Of a DNA stretch of 15,216 bases, positions 15,050 to 15,216 are shown in pieces; within the stretch, counting starts at the first letter, position 1, and every line of letters starts with the position of its first letter. Made by a program: the position numbers and the translations under genes. The DNA is from Candidatus Odinarchaeia archaeon (GTDB lineage: Archaea > Asgardarchaeota > Odinarchaeia > Odinarchaeales > Odinarchaeaceae). The stretch is from assembly GCA_029856525.1 (NCBI GenBank), contig JAHQXC010000028.1, positions 1 to 15,216 of the forward strand, given 5' to 3'. The notes beneath the pieces were generated by a model. It did no database searches. It was not told the DNA's origin and saw only the letters and a list, made by a program, of their open reading frames with translations.

Positions 15050-15216
15050 TTAACAGGCTTTGATATTGTTTACTCTATGATTTCTCTAGTGTTTTGGAAT
15101 ATGCGCGAGTGTTAGGTGAGTGTAGTTGAAATATTCAAAACAAATATTCCCATACCATTCTATTTAAACATTTACAGCTAATTCAAACAGCTGAAAAGCA
15201 AATAGTAAAAACGGTT

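Noticed and set aside
14963-15055. In-frame upstream extension of enolase
   Set aside because: It has no start codon, and the SD GAGGTG sits correctly before ATG 14962.

Overview
AT-rich archaeal housekeeping window with Rpo4, eL21, uL16 (L10e), Pus10, SD-like GGTG/GGAG motifs and BRE-TATA promoters. A finer lineage assignment needs a database search. The plus strand carries srp54, a TrmY-like gene, pus10, rpl21e, rpoF, DUF655, ksgA, hemK, a DRG-type GTPase, trmJ and rpl10e. The minus strand carries a DUF59/MIP18 Fe-S assembly gene, ppsA, a UPF0146 gene and eno. The unexpected content is intergenic: four short (176-277 bp) IS200/IS605-type elements that encode neither TnpA nor intact TnpB, all on the minus strand. 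Each has a left-end hairpin, an internal TATA-like promoter, a structured RNA scaffold and a right end finishing in TCAC, which is the layout of a stand-alone TnpB guide-RNA (reRNA/omegaRNA) cassette. One swaps the pus10 stop codon without changing the protein, two bracket the DUF59 gene, and one has a remodelled scaffold. Also noted: a promoter-linked structured ncRNA candidate upstream of srp54, a hemK gene with no canonical start codon, a probably degenerate TrmY, and an atypical G3 motif in the DRG GTPase. All alignments and folds were made by eye and none were computed.
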